64,000 bases of DNA. Origin: Octopus sinensis (taxonomy: Eukaryota). Below the pieces are notes generated by a model, which ran no database searches, was not told where the DNA came from, and was given only the letters and a program-made list of their open reading frames with translations. A program made the position numbers and the translations under genes. This document shows, piece after piece, positions 36,738 to 49,879 of this stretch (the first letter of the stretch is position 1; each line of letters starts with the position of its first letter). The stretch is from positions 37,448,001-37,512,000 of the forward strand of contig NC_042999.1 of the NCBI RefSeq assembly GCF_006345805.1, written 5' to 3'.

Positions 36738-37079
36738 TAACTGACAAAATTCAGTCACTTTGCTGTGATATGACAGCAAGCAACACAGATTGAGGAAATG
36801 GTGCTTGTACAAATCTAGAAAAATTGTTCAATTGCAAAATGCTTTACTTCCTTTGCTGTCATCACATTTTTTTTGGTAGTTTTTAGGGGCTGTTTCAACT
36901 CACTGATGGGTGCAACTTCTGATCCTAACATGGCATTTTTCATAAGGTTTCAAGAAACCCGGACGAAACTCAACAAGAAATGTTACATAACTGGTTACAA
37001 TGAAGTGCTTGATGATGTCCGCTCTACCATTCTTGGATTTCTTGAATACCACCTTTCTTTTACATTTTAAATTAAGTTT

Positions 37080-37469
37080 AGTAGGAGTGGCTGTGTGGTA
37101 AGTAGCTTGCTTACCAACCACATGGTTCCGGGTTCAGTCCCACTGCGTGGCATCTTGGGCAAGTGTCTTCTGCTATAGCCTCAGGCTGACAAATGCCTTG
37201 TGAGTGGATTTGGTAGACGGAAACTGAAAGAAGCCTGTCGTATATATATATATGTGTATATGTTTGTGTGTCTGTGTTTGTCCCCCTAGCATTACTTGAC
37301 AACCGATGCTGGTGTGTTTACGTCCCCGTCACTTAGCGGTTTGGCAGCAAAAGAGACCGATAGAATAAGTACTAGGCTTACAAAGAATAAGTCCCGGGGT
37401 CGATTTGCTCGACTAAAGGTGGTGTTCCAGCATGGCCGCAGTCAAATGACTGAAACAAGTAAAAGAAAG
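37080..37469 (+). mobile_element. SINE family B
   Basis: Full copy. Confidence 0.88.
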
Positions 37470-37626
37470 ATATAATTTTTTTCATTTTTAAATGTTTTCC
37501 CCTTTATATTTTTTTCTCCATATATCCTTTCATATCTTCATTCGTATTTTACACGTAACATTCACCTGAATTTTTGTCATTCGTATTAGCTTACATTCAT
37601 CTCTTAATCATCCTCTTCATTTGGAT

Positions 37627-38024
37627 ACTCTTTTACTTGTTTCAGTCATTTGACTGCGGCCATGCTGGAGCACTGCCTTTTAGTCAAGCAAATCGATCCC
37701 AGGTCTTATTCTTTGTAAGCCTTTTACTTATTCTATCGGTCACTTTTTGCCGAACCGCTAAGTTACGGTGACGTAAACACACCAGCATCGGTTGTCAAGT
37801 GACATTGGGGGGACAAACACACACACACACACACATACGCATATATATATACACATATACGACAGGCTTCTTTTCAGTTTCCATCTACTAAATCCACTCA
37901 CAAGGCTTTGGTCGACCTGAGGCTATAGTAGAAGACGTTTGCCCAAGGTACCACACAGTGGGACTGAACTCGAAATCATGTGGTTGGTAAGCAAGCTACT
38001 TATCACACAGCCACTCCTGTGCCT
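37627..38024 (-). mobile_element. SINE family B
   Basis: Full copy, tail-to-tail with the previous one. Confidence 0.85.
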
Positions 38025-38611
38025 ATATAAGATATATATATATCTAATTAATTTTTATTCTTATAATGTTATATTTTCTTCTCATTAGTATATATTTTTT
38101 CCGCATTGGTATACATTTTCCACATGGTATATATTTTTTTAGGCGTAATTCACTTTTAATTCATAATTAATTATGGTTTAAACTGCAAGGTTCAATGAAT
38201 TTATTTACACATTTATATGTTTTGATATACTAGGAATTCATTTATACATCTGTTTAGTTTGATATACTTTTAAGTTGGAATATATAATGATAGATAAAGT
38301 TATAAATGGGGGATCGGCGGACCTGAAGCTTGGGGTTGTATATAAGGGGAGGTTCTGTAAGAGACAGCGTGTCTCAGGAACATAGTACACAACCTCATGA
38401 AACAGGTGTAGTCGACAACTTTGAACATGAATAGTAAGTATTAAATATAATATTCTAGGACATGGTTGAATTTATATTCTGATTTTTTGAATTTTATGGA
38501 GATTTTTGTCTCTAATGATACTTTGATATATATGTATATATTTATTGAGAATAATTCAACTTAATATTCTTAACTTGAATATCTCATCCCTGTGACGCTG
38601 GAATTGATATT

Positions 38612-39348
38612 CGCTGTGTGGTAAGTAGCTTGTTTACCAACCACATGGTTCCGGGTTCAGTCCCACTGCGTGGAACCTTGGGCAAGTGTCTTCTACTATA
38701 GCCTCTGGCTGACCAAAGCCTTCTGAGTGGATTGGGTAGACAGAAACTGAAAGAAGCCCGTTGTATATATGTATGTGGCCGTAGCCAGTACCGCATCGAC
38801 TGGCCTCCGTGCTGTGGGCACGTAAGAAACACCATCCGATCGTGGCCGTTCGTCAGCCTCGTCTGGCACCTGTGTCGGTGGCACATAAAAACACCATCCG
38901 AGCGTGGCCGTTCGCCAGCCTCGTCTGGCACCTGTGTCGGTGGCACATAAAATCACCCACTACACTCTCGGAGTGGTTGGCGTTAGGAAGGGCATCCAGC
39001 TGTAGAAACACTGCCAGATCTGACTGGCCTGGTGCAGCCTTCGGGCTCCCCAGACCCCAGTTGAACCGTCCAACCCATGCTAGCATGGAAAGCGGACGTT
39101 AAATGATGATGATGATGATGATGATATACGTGTGTGTGTTTGTGTGTCTGTGTTTGTTCCCCTAGCATTGCTTGACAATACTGGTGTGTTTATGTCCCTG
39201 TTACTTAGCGGTTCGGCAAAAGAGACCGATAGAATAAGTACTGGGCTTACAAAAGAATAAGTCCCGGGGTCGAGTTGCTCGATTAAAGGCGGTGCTCCAG
39301 CATGGTCGCAGTCAAATGACTGAAACAAGTAAAAGAGTAAAGAGTAAA
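38612..39348 (+). mobile_element. SINE family B interrupted by an RTE 3' UTR fragment (38776-39125)
   Basis: SINE head 38612-38775, RTE tail ending (GAT)n at 39125, SINE resumes to 39348. Confidence 0.82.
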
Positions 39349-39360
39349 AATATATATATA

Positions 39361-39615
39361 TATCCAGAAGTTAAGGAATGGATTAGATAAAATCCAGGCT
39401 ACATATGTTTCATAGCTAGGAGAATCTTGGAAGTAGTAATTGCCCAACCAAGGGGTAGTCTGCTAGCTACTTGTTGGGCCAAAGATACCTTAATCAAATG
39501 AAGCTTACATTGTCATCAAGGGATTTCATGTTAACTTGCAGAAGATTTGACTGAAAATGTCACATGAAGCATATGTAGCCTGGATTTTATCTACTCCATT
39601 TCCTAACTTTAGGAT
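39361..39615. mobile_element. MITE with TIRs of about 47 bp
   Basis: aagttaaggaatggattagataaaatccaggctacatatg mirrored at 39569-39610. Confidence 0.7.
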
Positions 39616-39837
39616 TTTTATTCTCATACACAGCAACCCCAGCTGCTAACAGTTAGCCATAAAAAAACATCTTTCAGGTTATTGAACTTCGATATGGAAA
39701 AAATTTACAACCATCTTCGTCAATAAACCACTATTGTTCCTGAAAACTATTTATTATACCTTCTATTGACTGCTCAAACATTACTAACTTCCTACACTTT
39801 GATCATTGGATCTTATCTTTACATATTATGTATATAC

Positions 39838-39873
<36 letters not shown>

Positions 39874-39888
39874 ATGTGTACATACATA

Positions 39889-41307
39889 CAAGGTGTCCCA
39901 AAAGTCACTGATGGGTTTCAATTTTTTATAACTTCCTTAACTTTACAAATAAATTCATGAAATTTTGACGCAATATAAAGGACATAATGGAAATTAATAT
40001 GAACAAGCCAAATTTTGTAACACCTCTACATCACAAATGAATAATGACATCGCTTAAATGGCAGCCATTTTCAGCTTTGCACGCCTGCACTCTTTCCAAA
40101 ACTTGCACCATAACACACTCAAGAGTTTCAGACCCCACTTCTCTGATTTCTATATTGATGTTCTCCTTCAGTTGCACCAGGGTCTCAGGTTTGTTGACGT
40201 AAACCCTCTCTTTCAGTTATCCCTACAAGAAAAATCTGGGCTAGTCAAGTCTGGGGAACATGATGGCCAGTTGACATTGCCATGGCAGAAGATTATTCTC
40301 TTTCCAAAGCACTGCTGTAGCAACTGCATTGTTTTCCTTGCAGTATGAGTAGTTGCCCCATCTTGCTGGAACCATATTTGAGGTCTGCTTTGAATGGCCG
40401 GGTACAAAAAGGTCTCATCATCATCATCCTCATCATCATTTAACGTCCGATTTCCATGCTAGCATGGGTTGGACGGTTCAACTGGGGTCTGGGGAGCCAG
40501 TAGGCTGCGCCAGGCCCAGTCTGATCTGGCAGTGTTTCTACAGCGGGATGCCCTTCCTAACGCCAACCACTCCGTGAGTGTAGTGGGTGCTTTTTACGTG
40601 CCACCAGCACAGGTGCCAGACGAGGCTGGCAAACGGCCACGATCGGATGGTGCTTTTTAATCATAGATACCAGAAATAGAAGGTTTACATCAACAAACTG
40701 GAGACCCTGGTGTAACTGAAGGAGAATATCAATAGAGAAATCAGAAAAGTGGGGCCTGAAACTCTTGAGCATGTTATGGTGCAAGTTCTGGAAAGAGCAG
40801 AGGTGTGTGAAGCCGAAAATGGCTGCCATGTGATGGAAATTGCAGCTGTGATACCAGTGCCAGTGGCATGTAAGAGAACCAGCTAAATGTGGCCATTGCC
40901 AGCGCCGCCCCGACTGGCCTTGTGCCGGTGGCACATAAAAAGCACCATCCATTCGTGGCCATTGCCAACCTCGCCTGGCACCTGTGCCAGTGGTACATAA
41001 AAAGCACCCACTACACTCATGGAGTGGTTAGCGTTAGGAAGGGCATCCAGCCATAGAAACACTGCTAGATCAGACTGGGCCTGGTGCAGCCTTCTGGATT
41101 CCCAGACCCCAGTTGAACTGTCCAACCCATGCTAGCATGGAAAGCAGACGCTAAACGATGATGATGTATTAGTGTTGCAGAATTTGACTTGTGCATATTA
41201 ATTTCCATTATGTCATTTATATTATATCAAAATTTCATGCTTTTATTTGTAAAGTTAAGGAATTTATTAAAAATTGAAACCCATCAAGTGACTTTTAGGA
41301 TACCCTG
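39889..41307. mobile_element. Tc1/mariner-superfamily foldback derivative (rosa/DD41D-like motifs) with nested RTE tails
   Basis: TIRs of about 140 bp (caaggtgtcccaaaagtcac.../...gtgacttttaggataccctg), TA flanks, WFQQDGATTHTA...WPSCSPDLTSPDF remnant (40213-40407, minus). Confidence 0.8.
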
Positions 41308-41599
41308 TATGTATGTGTGTGTGTGAATGTGTGTGAGTGTAATCCAAATAAGATGAAAGTCTTTAGCATTTCTTTACTAGTTAACAATTGCTTTGGCATC
41401 AGTCTGTTTTAGCATCATTGCATGTAAATGTTTTCATGTCAAAAATTATGGAATATTTGCAGTTGATTATACTGAAGCAGCACTTCATCTTGCAGGCTGT
41501 TAAATTGTCTTACACACACACACACACACACATATATAAACACAAAAGAATGGAGATTTATTCATGATTTAAAAGCTATATCAGCACTGCAGTGGTATT

Positions 41600-41812
41600 C
41601 ATCATCATCATCATCATCATCATTTAGCGTCCGTTTTCCATGCTAGCATGGGTTGGACGGTTCAACTGGGGTCTGGGGAGCCCGAAGGCTGCACCAGGCC
41701 AGTCAGATCTGGCAGTGTTTCTACAGCTGGATGCCCTTCCTAACGCCAACCACTCCGAGAGTGTAGTGGGTGATTTTATGTGCCACCGACACAGGTGCCA
41801 GACGAGGCTGGC
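41600..41812 (-). mobile_element. RTE 3' UTR fragment
   Basis: Matches 59400-59595; (CAT)n tail. Confidence 0.8.
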
Positions 41813-41890
41813 CAATTTAAAATATTGTAAATTTAAAATAAAATATGAAGAACTTGTTAAATACTGAAAAACCTTCGTACACACATATGC

Positions 41891-41924
<34 letters not shown>

Positions 41925-42125
41925 ACATATTAAAGATAGGAGTACATTAGGGTTGAGAGACTGCCTTCATCTTGTCAAAGACATGACAGCCTTTTTAATG
42001 TTGGCGCCATGAAACAAAACTGCATCCAGTGTGCTGTGTAAAGTGGCTTAATGTCAAGAAGAGCATCCAGCTGTAGAAACCAAAAAAAAAAAAAAACTCC
42101 AAGTGCATCTATGAGATGCAGAAAG

Positions 42126-42156
<31 letters not shown>

Positions 42157-42303
42157 GACATTGACCTTCAGAACTGGAAACAAGAAAACACATTACTTAG
42201 GAGTAGAGTTCATTTATTTCTATAATGCTGAGGATTCACTCCACAGGTTTTTCTCACAATAGATTTGTTCAGCATGCGAGGGAGTGCATATCGACTTCAT
42301 ACC

Positions 42304-43170
<867 letters not shown>

Positions 43171-43378
43171 AGAGTCTGTTAAAAAATGTATACACACTTC
43201 AGAAAAGGAAAAAAAAAATGTATAAATATTTTAATTCAGTGTTATTGCAATTTACCGAGTGTCATCGGGATTTGAGGTATCTATACTTCTAGGGGTATTT
43301 ATACAAGTCAAATATTTATACAGATTTTTCCTTTCCTAAATATACATTGTCTTGACAGACTGTGTGTGTATGTATGTG

Positions 43379-43421
<43 letters not shown>

Positions 43422-43515
43422 TAATATAGGGTGAAATTAATTAATTTGGAATAATCATCAATTTCACCAAGTAGATTTCGGCATGTAAAAGCCCCATTCA
43501 AGGAAGGTTTAAGTA

Positions 43516-43700
43516 ATACTAAGTAATTAAGGGTTTAGCAACGATTTGCTTCACCACACACCGAATTTAGAAATAGCAGTCAAGAGTTATGGCTATTCTT
43601 TCTACTTAAGTAGAAAGAATAGCCATAACTCTTTGACTGCTATTTCTAAATTCGGTGTGTGGTGAAGCAAATTGTTGCTAAACCCTTAATTACTTAGTAT
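43516..43700. repeat. Zero-spacer palindrome, arms about 92 bp
   Basis: Centre tctact-taagtaga at 43607/43608; one mismatch and one indel between arms. Confidence 0.9.
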
Positions 43701-44127
43701 ATATATATATATACATATATATATCTATATATACACATATATATAAATATCTGTGTGTCTATATACACATATGCACATATATTCATGCACACATTTATAT
43801 ATACACATATATATATTTACATGTATGTATACATGTATATACAACACACACACACACACTCATGGGAGGTGACTTGCTATTATTTCTCCTGTCATCAAGA
43901 CATCTGCTGACTTGGTGCTTTCAGAGACATGTGGAATAAAATATTCCTTATTTAAAATGGTTAATGACAGGAAGGGCATTCAACTGTAAAAGAACGCCTC
44001 AATAATATGTTTGTCTAACTCAGGCTAGCAGAAAATGGACTTGAAACCAAACGAGCAAAATGTGTACACACACACATTAGATAAGTACATAGATATCCTC
44101 ACATATACGTACAATAATCATATATTG

Positions 44128-44157
44128 ATATGTGTGTGTGTGTGTGTATATATATAT

Positions 44158-44188
<31 letters not shown>

Positions 44189-44305
44189 CATATATGTATG
44201 TATATATATATATATGTGTATGTATATATATATATATGTGTATATACATATATGTATATATATAATATATATATATATGTATGTATATATATACATATAT
44301 GTATG

Positions 44306-44336
<31 letters not shown>

Positions 44337-44640
44337 GTATGTATGCATATATATACATGTATGTGTATATATATATATATATATGTATGTATATATATAT
44401 ACATATATATATATATTACACATATATCTGTATGTGTAGATATGTGTATATATGCATATGTATAAATGTGTGTACATGGGTATGTATATATATTATATAT
44501 ACACACATATGCATATACATATGTGCATACATGTGTATATGTGTGCGGGTGTGAGTGCGTGTGTGTATATGTATATGTGATTGCACACACACACATACAT
44601 GTACACAAACACACACACACACATATATATATATATACTT
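44128..44640. repeat. (TG)n/(TA)n compound microsatellite
   Basis: Directly visible. Confidence 0.95.
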
Positions 44641-44753
44641 GTATGTGGGTATGTTATTGAATGATTATGTATAGTTGAAAATTCCCAATTTGGTATTAAG
44701 GAACTGCATGATATTTGCTATTGGTCACTCCACTTCCTGTGCTTTCAGATCGG

Positions 44754-44858
44754 TCACGTCTTAGCAAGGGTCCTCTTCATTTTGATAGGAACAGAACCAA
44801 TGATTATATCTAAAGGGACCTCCAGGTCAAATGGTGGCTCTTCAAGTTTAACATGCAG
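44754..44858 (-). CDS. ARRDC: Alpha-arrestin (arrestin domain-containing protein), last coding exon
   Basis: ttttag acceptor then LHVKLEEPPFDLEVPLDIIIGSVPIKMKRTLAKT*; IIGSVP matches the arrestin-C terminal strand; phase 0 fits the upstream exon. Symbol is family-level only. Confidence 0.82.
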   Translation of the reverse strand: MHVKLEEPPFDLEVPLDIIIGSVPIKMKRTLAKT

Positions 44859-44903
44859 CTAAAATATAAAAAGAAAAGACACAGTATTACTTCAGTAATT
44901 TAA

Positions 44904-45536
44904 CTCTTTCGTTATTGTATTTATTTTGAGATGCTCTGAGTTTCTTTCAATTACTTTATATACAACAAAGAATTTAATACAATAACTTAGTTATCATTAA
45001 GCTAGTGTTAGGAACATAAATTGTGACCGAGGTTTGATGGAAGATTTTAATTCAAAACTTATGAAAACAAGACATTTGTAGCCAGAGCCAGAGCGCAGGA
45101 GTGGCTGTGTGGTAAGTAGCTTGTTTACCAACCACATGGTTCTGGTTTCAGTCCCACTGCGTGGCACCTTGGGCAAGTGTCTTCTACTATAGCCTCAGGC
45201 CGACCAAAGCCTTGTGAGTGGATTTGGTAGACGGAAACTGAAAGAAGCCCGTCGTATATATGTATATATATATATGCGTGTGTGTGTGTTTGTGTGTCCG
45301 TGTTTGTCCCCCTAGCATTGCTTGACAACCGATGCTTGTGTGTTTATGTCCCCATTACTTAGCGGTTCGGCAAAAAAGACCAATAGAATAAGCACTGGGC
45401 TTCCAAAAGAATAAGTCCCGGGGTCGAGTTGCTCGATTAAAGGCAGTGCTCCAGTATGGCTGCAGTCAAATGACTGAAACAGGTAAAAAGAGAGTAAAAG
45501 AGAGAGCCGGTTTCAGCCGGATTGGTAACGAAAGGG
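44904..45536. mobile_element. piggyBac-like MITE (TTAA flanks) with SINE B inserted (45092-45505)
   Basis: ttaa|ctctttcgtta...taacgaaaggg|ttaa; uninterrupted sibling at 47417-47638. Confidence 0.75.
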
Positions 45537-45896
45537 TTAAAACTAATAACATTGTATAAATCAAAGTATTATGGCTGTTGACATAATGACAAATCCTAAA
45601 TAAGTGGTTTAGTGGTTTTCATGTTAGTGTCCTCTTGGTGGCACAGTGAGCTGACAAAGAAGTGGCAAATAGGCAATGTGCTCAGAGGGGCTTGTGATTT
45701 CTCTAAGAAATACAATATGAAGGCAGCTGCATCGAACTCTCTCATGCACCAAATGGCAATTGCTAAAAAGCATTCGTGAAGTAAAATCATGTAGCAACAC
45801 CAAATGGCGGTGCCCCAGCATGGCCACAGCTCGTGAGCTGAAACTAGATAAAATAAAATTTTAAAAAAAATAAACAAGAAACAATTTTTTATTTTC

Positions 45897-46270
45897 TATC
45901 TTTTACTTGTTTCAGTAATTAGACTGTGGTCATGCTGGGGCACAGCCTTGAACTGATTTTAGTCGAATGTATTGACCTCAATACATTTTCTTAAAGTCTG
46001 GTACTTACTCCATCAGTCTCTTTCACCAAACTGCTAAGTTACAGGGACATAAACAAACCAACACCGGTTGTTAAAGAGTGGTGGGGTACAAACATAGACA
46101 CAAACACGCCTGATGAACGGGAATGTGAAACTCTGAGTAGCAGTTTTTTTGTGATGTTTTTTGCAGCTTTAATAATAAAGTATGTGTGTGTGTACACATG
46201 ATGAGCTTCTTTCAGTTTCCATCTACCAGATCCACTCACAAGGCTTTGGTTGGTCCAAGGATATAGCAGA
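45897..46270 (-). mobile_element. SINE family B (diverged) containing an insert of about 80 bp with a hammerhead-like motif
   Basis: Family match on both sides of 46102-46180. Confidence 0.75.
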
Positions 46271-46299
46271 TGATAATTGAAGATGAAAAGAAGATAATA

Positions 46300-46522
46300 A
46301 TGAAAATAACCCTTTCTACTATAGGTACAAGCCCTGAAATTTGTGGGAGTGGGGTTAGTTGATAAAATCAATCCCAGTACTTGACTGGTACTTAACTCAT
46401 CGACCCCTAAAAGGATGAAAGGCAAAGTCGGCCTTGGCAGAATTTGAACTTAGAATGTAAAGATTACTGAAATACCACTAAGTATTTTGCCAGCATGCTA
46501 AGAATTCTACCAGTTCACAGCC
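46300..46522 (-). mobile_element. SINE family D (diverged)
   Basis: aaaggatgaaaggcaaagtcggcc...gaatttgaac. Confidence 0.7.
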
Positions 46523-47027
46523 TTAATAGTAATAATAATAATAATAAATAATAAATGCCCTGATGCAGTACCAGGAAGTGGCTCTCAATGCCCTGATGCA
46601 TCTCTGATCATGAGCAGAAAGTAGTGGGGGAGCATCATAGCCATGTGTTGAGAGGAATTCTTTGGGGTTTGAATAATTCACCTTTGGAAACATGGGTGTT
46701 TCGTTCAACATCTTTAAGCAATCCTTATTCAGGGACCTTTTGAGTGGGATGGGTTACTCGACCAGACGAAAATTCCAACTGGGCCCCACCTGCAATGTCA
46801 TGCACTGTTTATCTTGATATGAGATCACCATGTTGCGCACATATGGTTGTGATGCATGTGCCTGGTGTACCCTTATCAGATGGGTAGTCATGATGGGTAT
46901 ACTGGGCTTCGTATATTTTACCCCAGTGTCACTTTGATGGCATGCACTGCTCTCTCACTCAAAATAATAATAATAATAATAATAATATAACAACAAGAAA
47001 TAAATAATGATAGAAACTTGATGTTAC

Positions 47028-47210
47028 CACTAAAAAGTATTTGATGTCAATCACATTACAACCTTCCAGATTTGAGGGTGACAAAGGAGGTACCAGCATC
47101 GTATCACCACTCCACACATCTGTTTCACCAGGTGGAATACTAGGATGATTCACACAAGACAAAGTTTGAACTTCAGTTCCTTGTGTTAGTTTTCCATGGT
47201 ACAAAACATG
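47028..47210 (-). CDS. ARRDC: Alpha-arrestin coding exon (arrestin-C domain)
   Basis: ttgcag/gtaaca borders, 61 codons: HVLYHGK...IPPGETDVW...LVPPLSPSNLEGCNVIDIKYFLV. Confidence 0.9.
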
Positions 47211-47416
47211 CTGCAATGATATAAAAATGGCTAAGAAATAACACTGTATTAATTGATTTTAAATTTTGGCAAAAGACCAGTAATTTTAGTGGTGGGGTAG
47301 TTTGATTACATTGACTTTGAAAGGATGAAAGGCAAAGTTAATCCCAGTGGCATTTGAACTCAGAACATAGAGACAGATGAACTGCCATGAAGCAATCTGT
47401 CAGCTTGCCACCTTAA

Positions 47417-47638
47417 CCCTTTTGTTACTGTATTTATTTTGAGATGCTCTGTGTTTCTTTCAATTACTTTAAATATAACAAAGAATTTAGTAAAATAACT
47501 TAGCTATATCATAAAGCTAGTGTTAGGAACATAAATTGTGATTAAAGTCTGGTGGAAGATTTTAACTCAAAACTTGTGAAAACAAGACATTTGTATTCAG
47601 AGTCAGAGCTGGTTTCAGCCGGGTTGGTAACGAAAGGG
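47417..47638. mobile_element. piggyBac-like MITE (222 bp)
   Basis: ttaa|cccttttgttac...gtaacgaaaggg|ttaa. Confidence 0.78.
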
Positions 47639-47977
47639 TTAAAGCACCTGAAACACTCAAGCATGGCTCAGTGGTTAAGAAGGTTGCTTTGTAACCATGA
47701 GATCCTGAGTTTGTCATCTGAATTATTTTATTAAGATGGCACCAAATTATTAATCCAAACTGATAATGATAAAAGCAAACTTTTACTCACCATTTTATTT
47801 ATGACAATTATCTATTCGTTAGTGAAACACAAGAATGAGGGGAGTTCTATTCTCATGTCAACTAAATATGTCTCATCCTTAATACATTCTATCTTTTTTC
47901 TTTTTCTGTTTCTCTCTTCCTTGTGTTACCCCAGTTCTTTTATTCTTCTTGTCTTCCTGTCTGCACACACCTTGACT

Positions 47978-48296
47978 TAAGGTGGTTCGGTCATGCATCC
48001 CAGTGTCCAGAGGGTGAGCTGATTCGCGATGTCCTCCTCCCACTTCTACTTCCCAGCTGGCGCAAACACACAGATGGACACCTGAAGACCTGGGCAACGA
48101 CAATAAAGGAGGACCTCTCCAAACTCTCAGGTCCGCAGGTGGTCGGTCTGCGCAGATGGAACAGCGAATGGCTCGATATCTCCAGTGACCTCGCATGGGA
48201 CCGTCGAGCGTGGGTCATCATGGTTCGTGATGCTGTTAGGACCAGAGAAGAAGCCGGCTCAATCCACCTTGGGTGAACGCCGTCACAAGTACAAGT
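47978..48296 (+). mobile_element. 5'-truncated RTE LINE 3' end with 13-bp TSD
   Basis: LRWFGHASQCPEGELIRD...; (CAAGTA)n tail; TSD ACACACCTTGACT at 47965-47977 and 48297-48309. Confidence 0.85.
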
Positions 48297-48738
48297 ACAC
48301 ACCTTGACTGAATACAGCTTACAATTTTATCTCCTTCCTTCTTTTTCTTTCTCTTTCCCACCTTCTATGTCCACCTGCATTGATATGTAAATATGTAAAC
48401 AACAAACAAAACTATCCTTCTCAAAGTTATTGCCTCTACTAATACATCCACCTATCTTAGTAGTTTGTAAGAATTCATAAGCACTGCCCATTAATCCAAA
48501 ACTTTTGGATTGGTGTAGAATAATTAATATCCTGAAGTCTAAACAACAAGAAAATCTGATGTAAACTAATGCAAAAATTGCCTGAAGCATGTGTGTCAAA
48601 TTAATAGGTTCCTATAGGTCTCATGGATATTATAAATAATATATAATAATATCCTATGGATATGGTGAGGTCCTATAAAAATACGTCATACCGAAACTAT
48701 TAATATAAAATCTCCATCTGTGAAGTATTTCCTTTTAT

Positions 48739-48784
<46 letters not shown>

Positions 48785-48989
48785 TAGTTATCACCAAGCT
48801 AACGTGGCAGTCTAGATAAATAGGGCGAATGCTGCTGTTGATTAGCTCCAAGAGGCCATCGCTTCTAGCTAGCTATGTGATGCACAAACCTGTGTGCATA
48901 GCTAGCTAGAGGTGATGGCCTCAAGTAGTTAATCAACGGCAGCATTCGTCTTATTTATCTGGACTGCCACGTTAGCTTGGCGATAACTA
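48785..48989. mobile_element. Almost fully palindromic MITE (about 205 bp)
   Basis: tagttatcaccaagctaacgtggcagt... mirrored by ...actgccacgttagcttggcgataacta; TTAA/TA flanks. Confidence 0.8.
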
Positions 48990-49142
48990 TTAATATCCAG
49001 TACCGCTGCCGTAGTCTCCTTTAGAGAGAATTAGAAACAATGATATTTCTATATATATTTCTATATATATATATATATATATATAATGCATAAAATAATT
49101 AAATCAGAAAGTGCCACAATTATAAAAAACTGTACAGCTTAC

Positions 49143-49325
49143 CATGTATAACTTTACATTGGAACCAAGTACTTCTTTTTCTGAATGGTTTGATATCTCA
49201 ACATTTAATCCTATTAGTTCACCTGGGGAGTAACCTAGTTTGTCAACCCCAAGGAAGGCTGTGACCGGTCCTGAACGACAGCAGAATATGTTGGGCTGTT
49301 TAATAATTTGGTTTTTCACACTTTC
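49143..49325 (-). CDS. ARRDC: Alpha-arrestin coding exon (start of arrestin-C domain)
   Basis: ttgcag/gtaagc borders, 61 codons: ESVKNQ...CCRSGPV...KLGYSPGELIGLNVEISNHS...KLYM. Confidence 0.9.
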
Positions 49326-49879
49326 CTGCAACACAATTCCAACAGACGTTATTTTAGCATAATAATATCAGAATGAAAATTGCAAAGAAATTTGTAAGAA
49401 AGAAAAAGATCCTGGTTTTATTTATGTATTATTTTTTTTATAGTTTTAATGGTCATTGAAAATATTACTTATTAAGAAACTGAATATTACAAATACAAGT
49501 GACCAAACTGGGATTCCTCTAAAGGATCTCTGAAGTAATGTTACTTGATTGTGTAGTTCAGAGATCAGGGAGTCTCTCCGGGTTGAGCTGTTACTTCTTT
49601 GCATTGAGAAGGGGTCACAGCCCCAGTGCCAAAGACGTGATTAGAATGTCACAGGAAAGAAACACAAGATGGACAAACCAGCCTACAAGAGACCTAGGGG
49701 TAGACCAAGAATGAGATTGTTGGATAATATCCATAGTTTTAGCTGGTTATGCTTGGGAACCCACAGGTAAGTTAAATGATGGTTGCTTCTGATAGGACCC
49801 TATAGAAGAGATACCTGAGGACTTTCCTCAAAACCCACCCATGAATAGTGGGTGGAGAAGATGGATGGAGATGTTAATA

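Larger units (their letters stand above)
34680..37075 (+). mobile_element. Fossil DNA transposase (hAT-like, HWDGK type) interrupted by RTE and Helitron insertions
   Basis: MDDLFDVAHSDAL (34945), LHWDGKLLPALTGIEKV (about 36165), then after the Helitron LCCDMTASNT...GACTNLEKL...CCHH; many stops. Confidence 0.7.
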
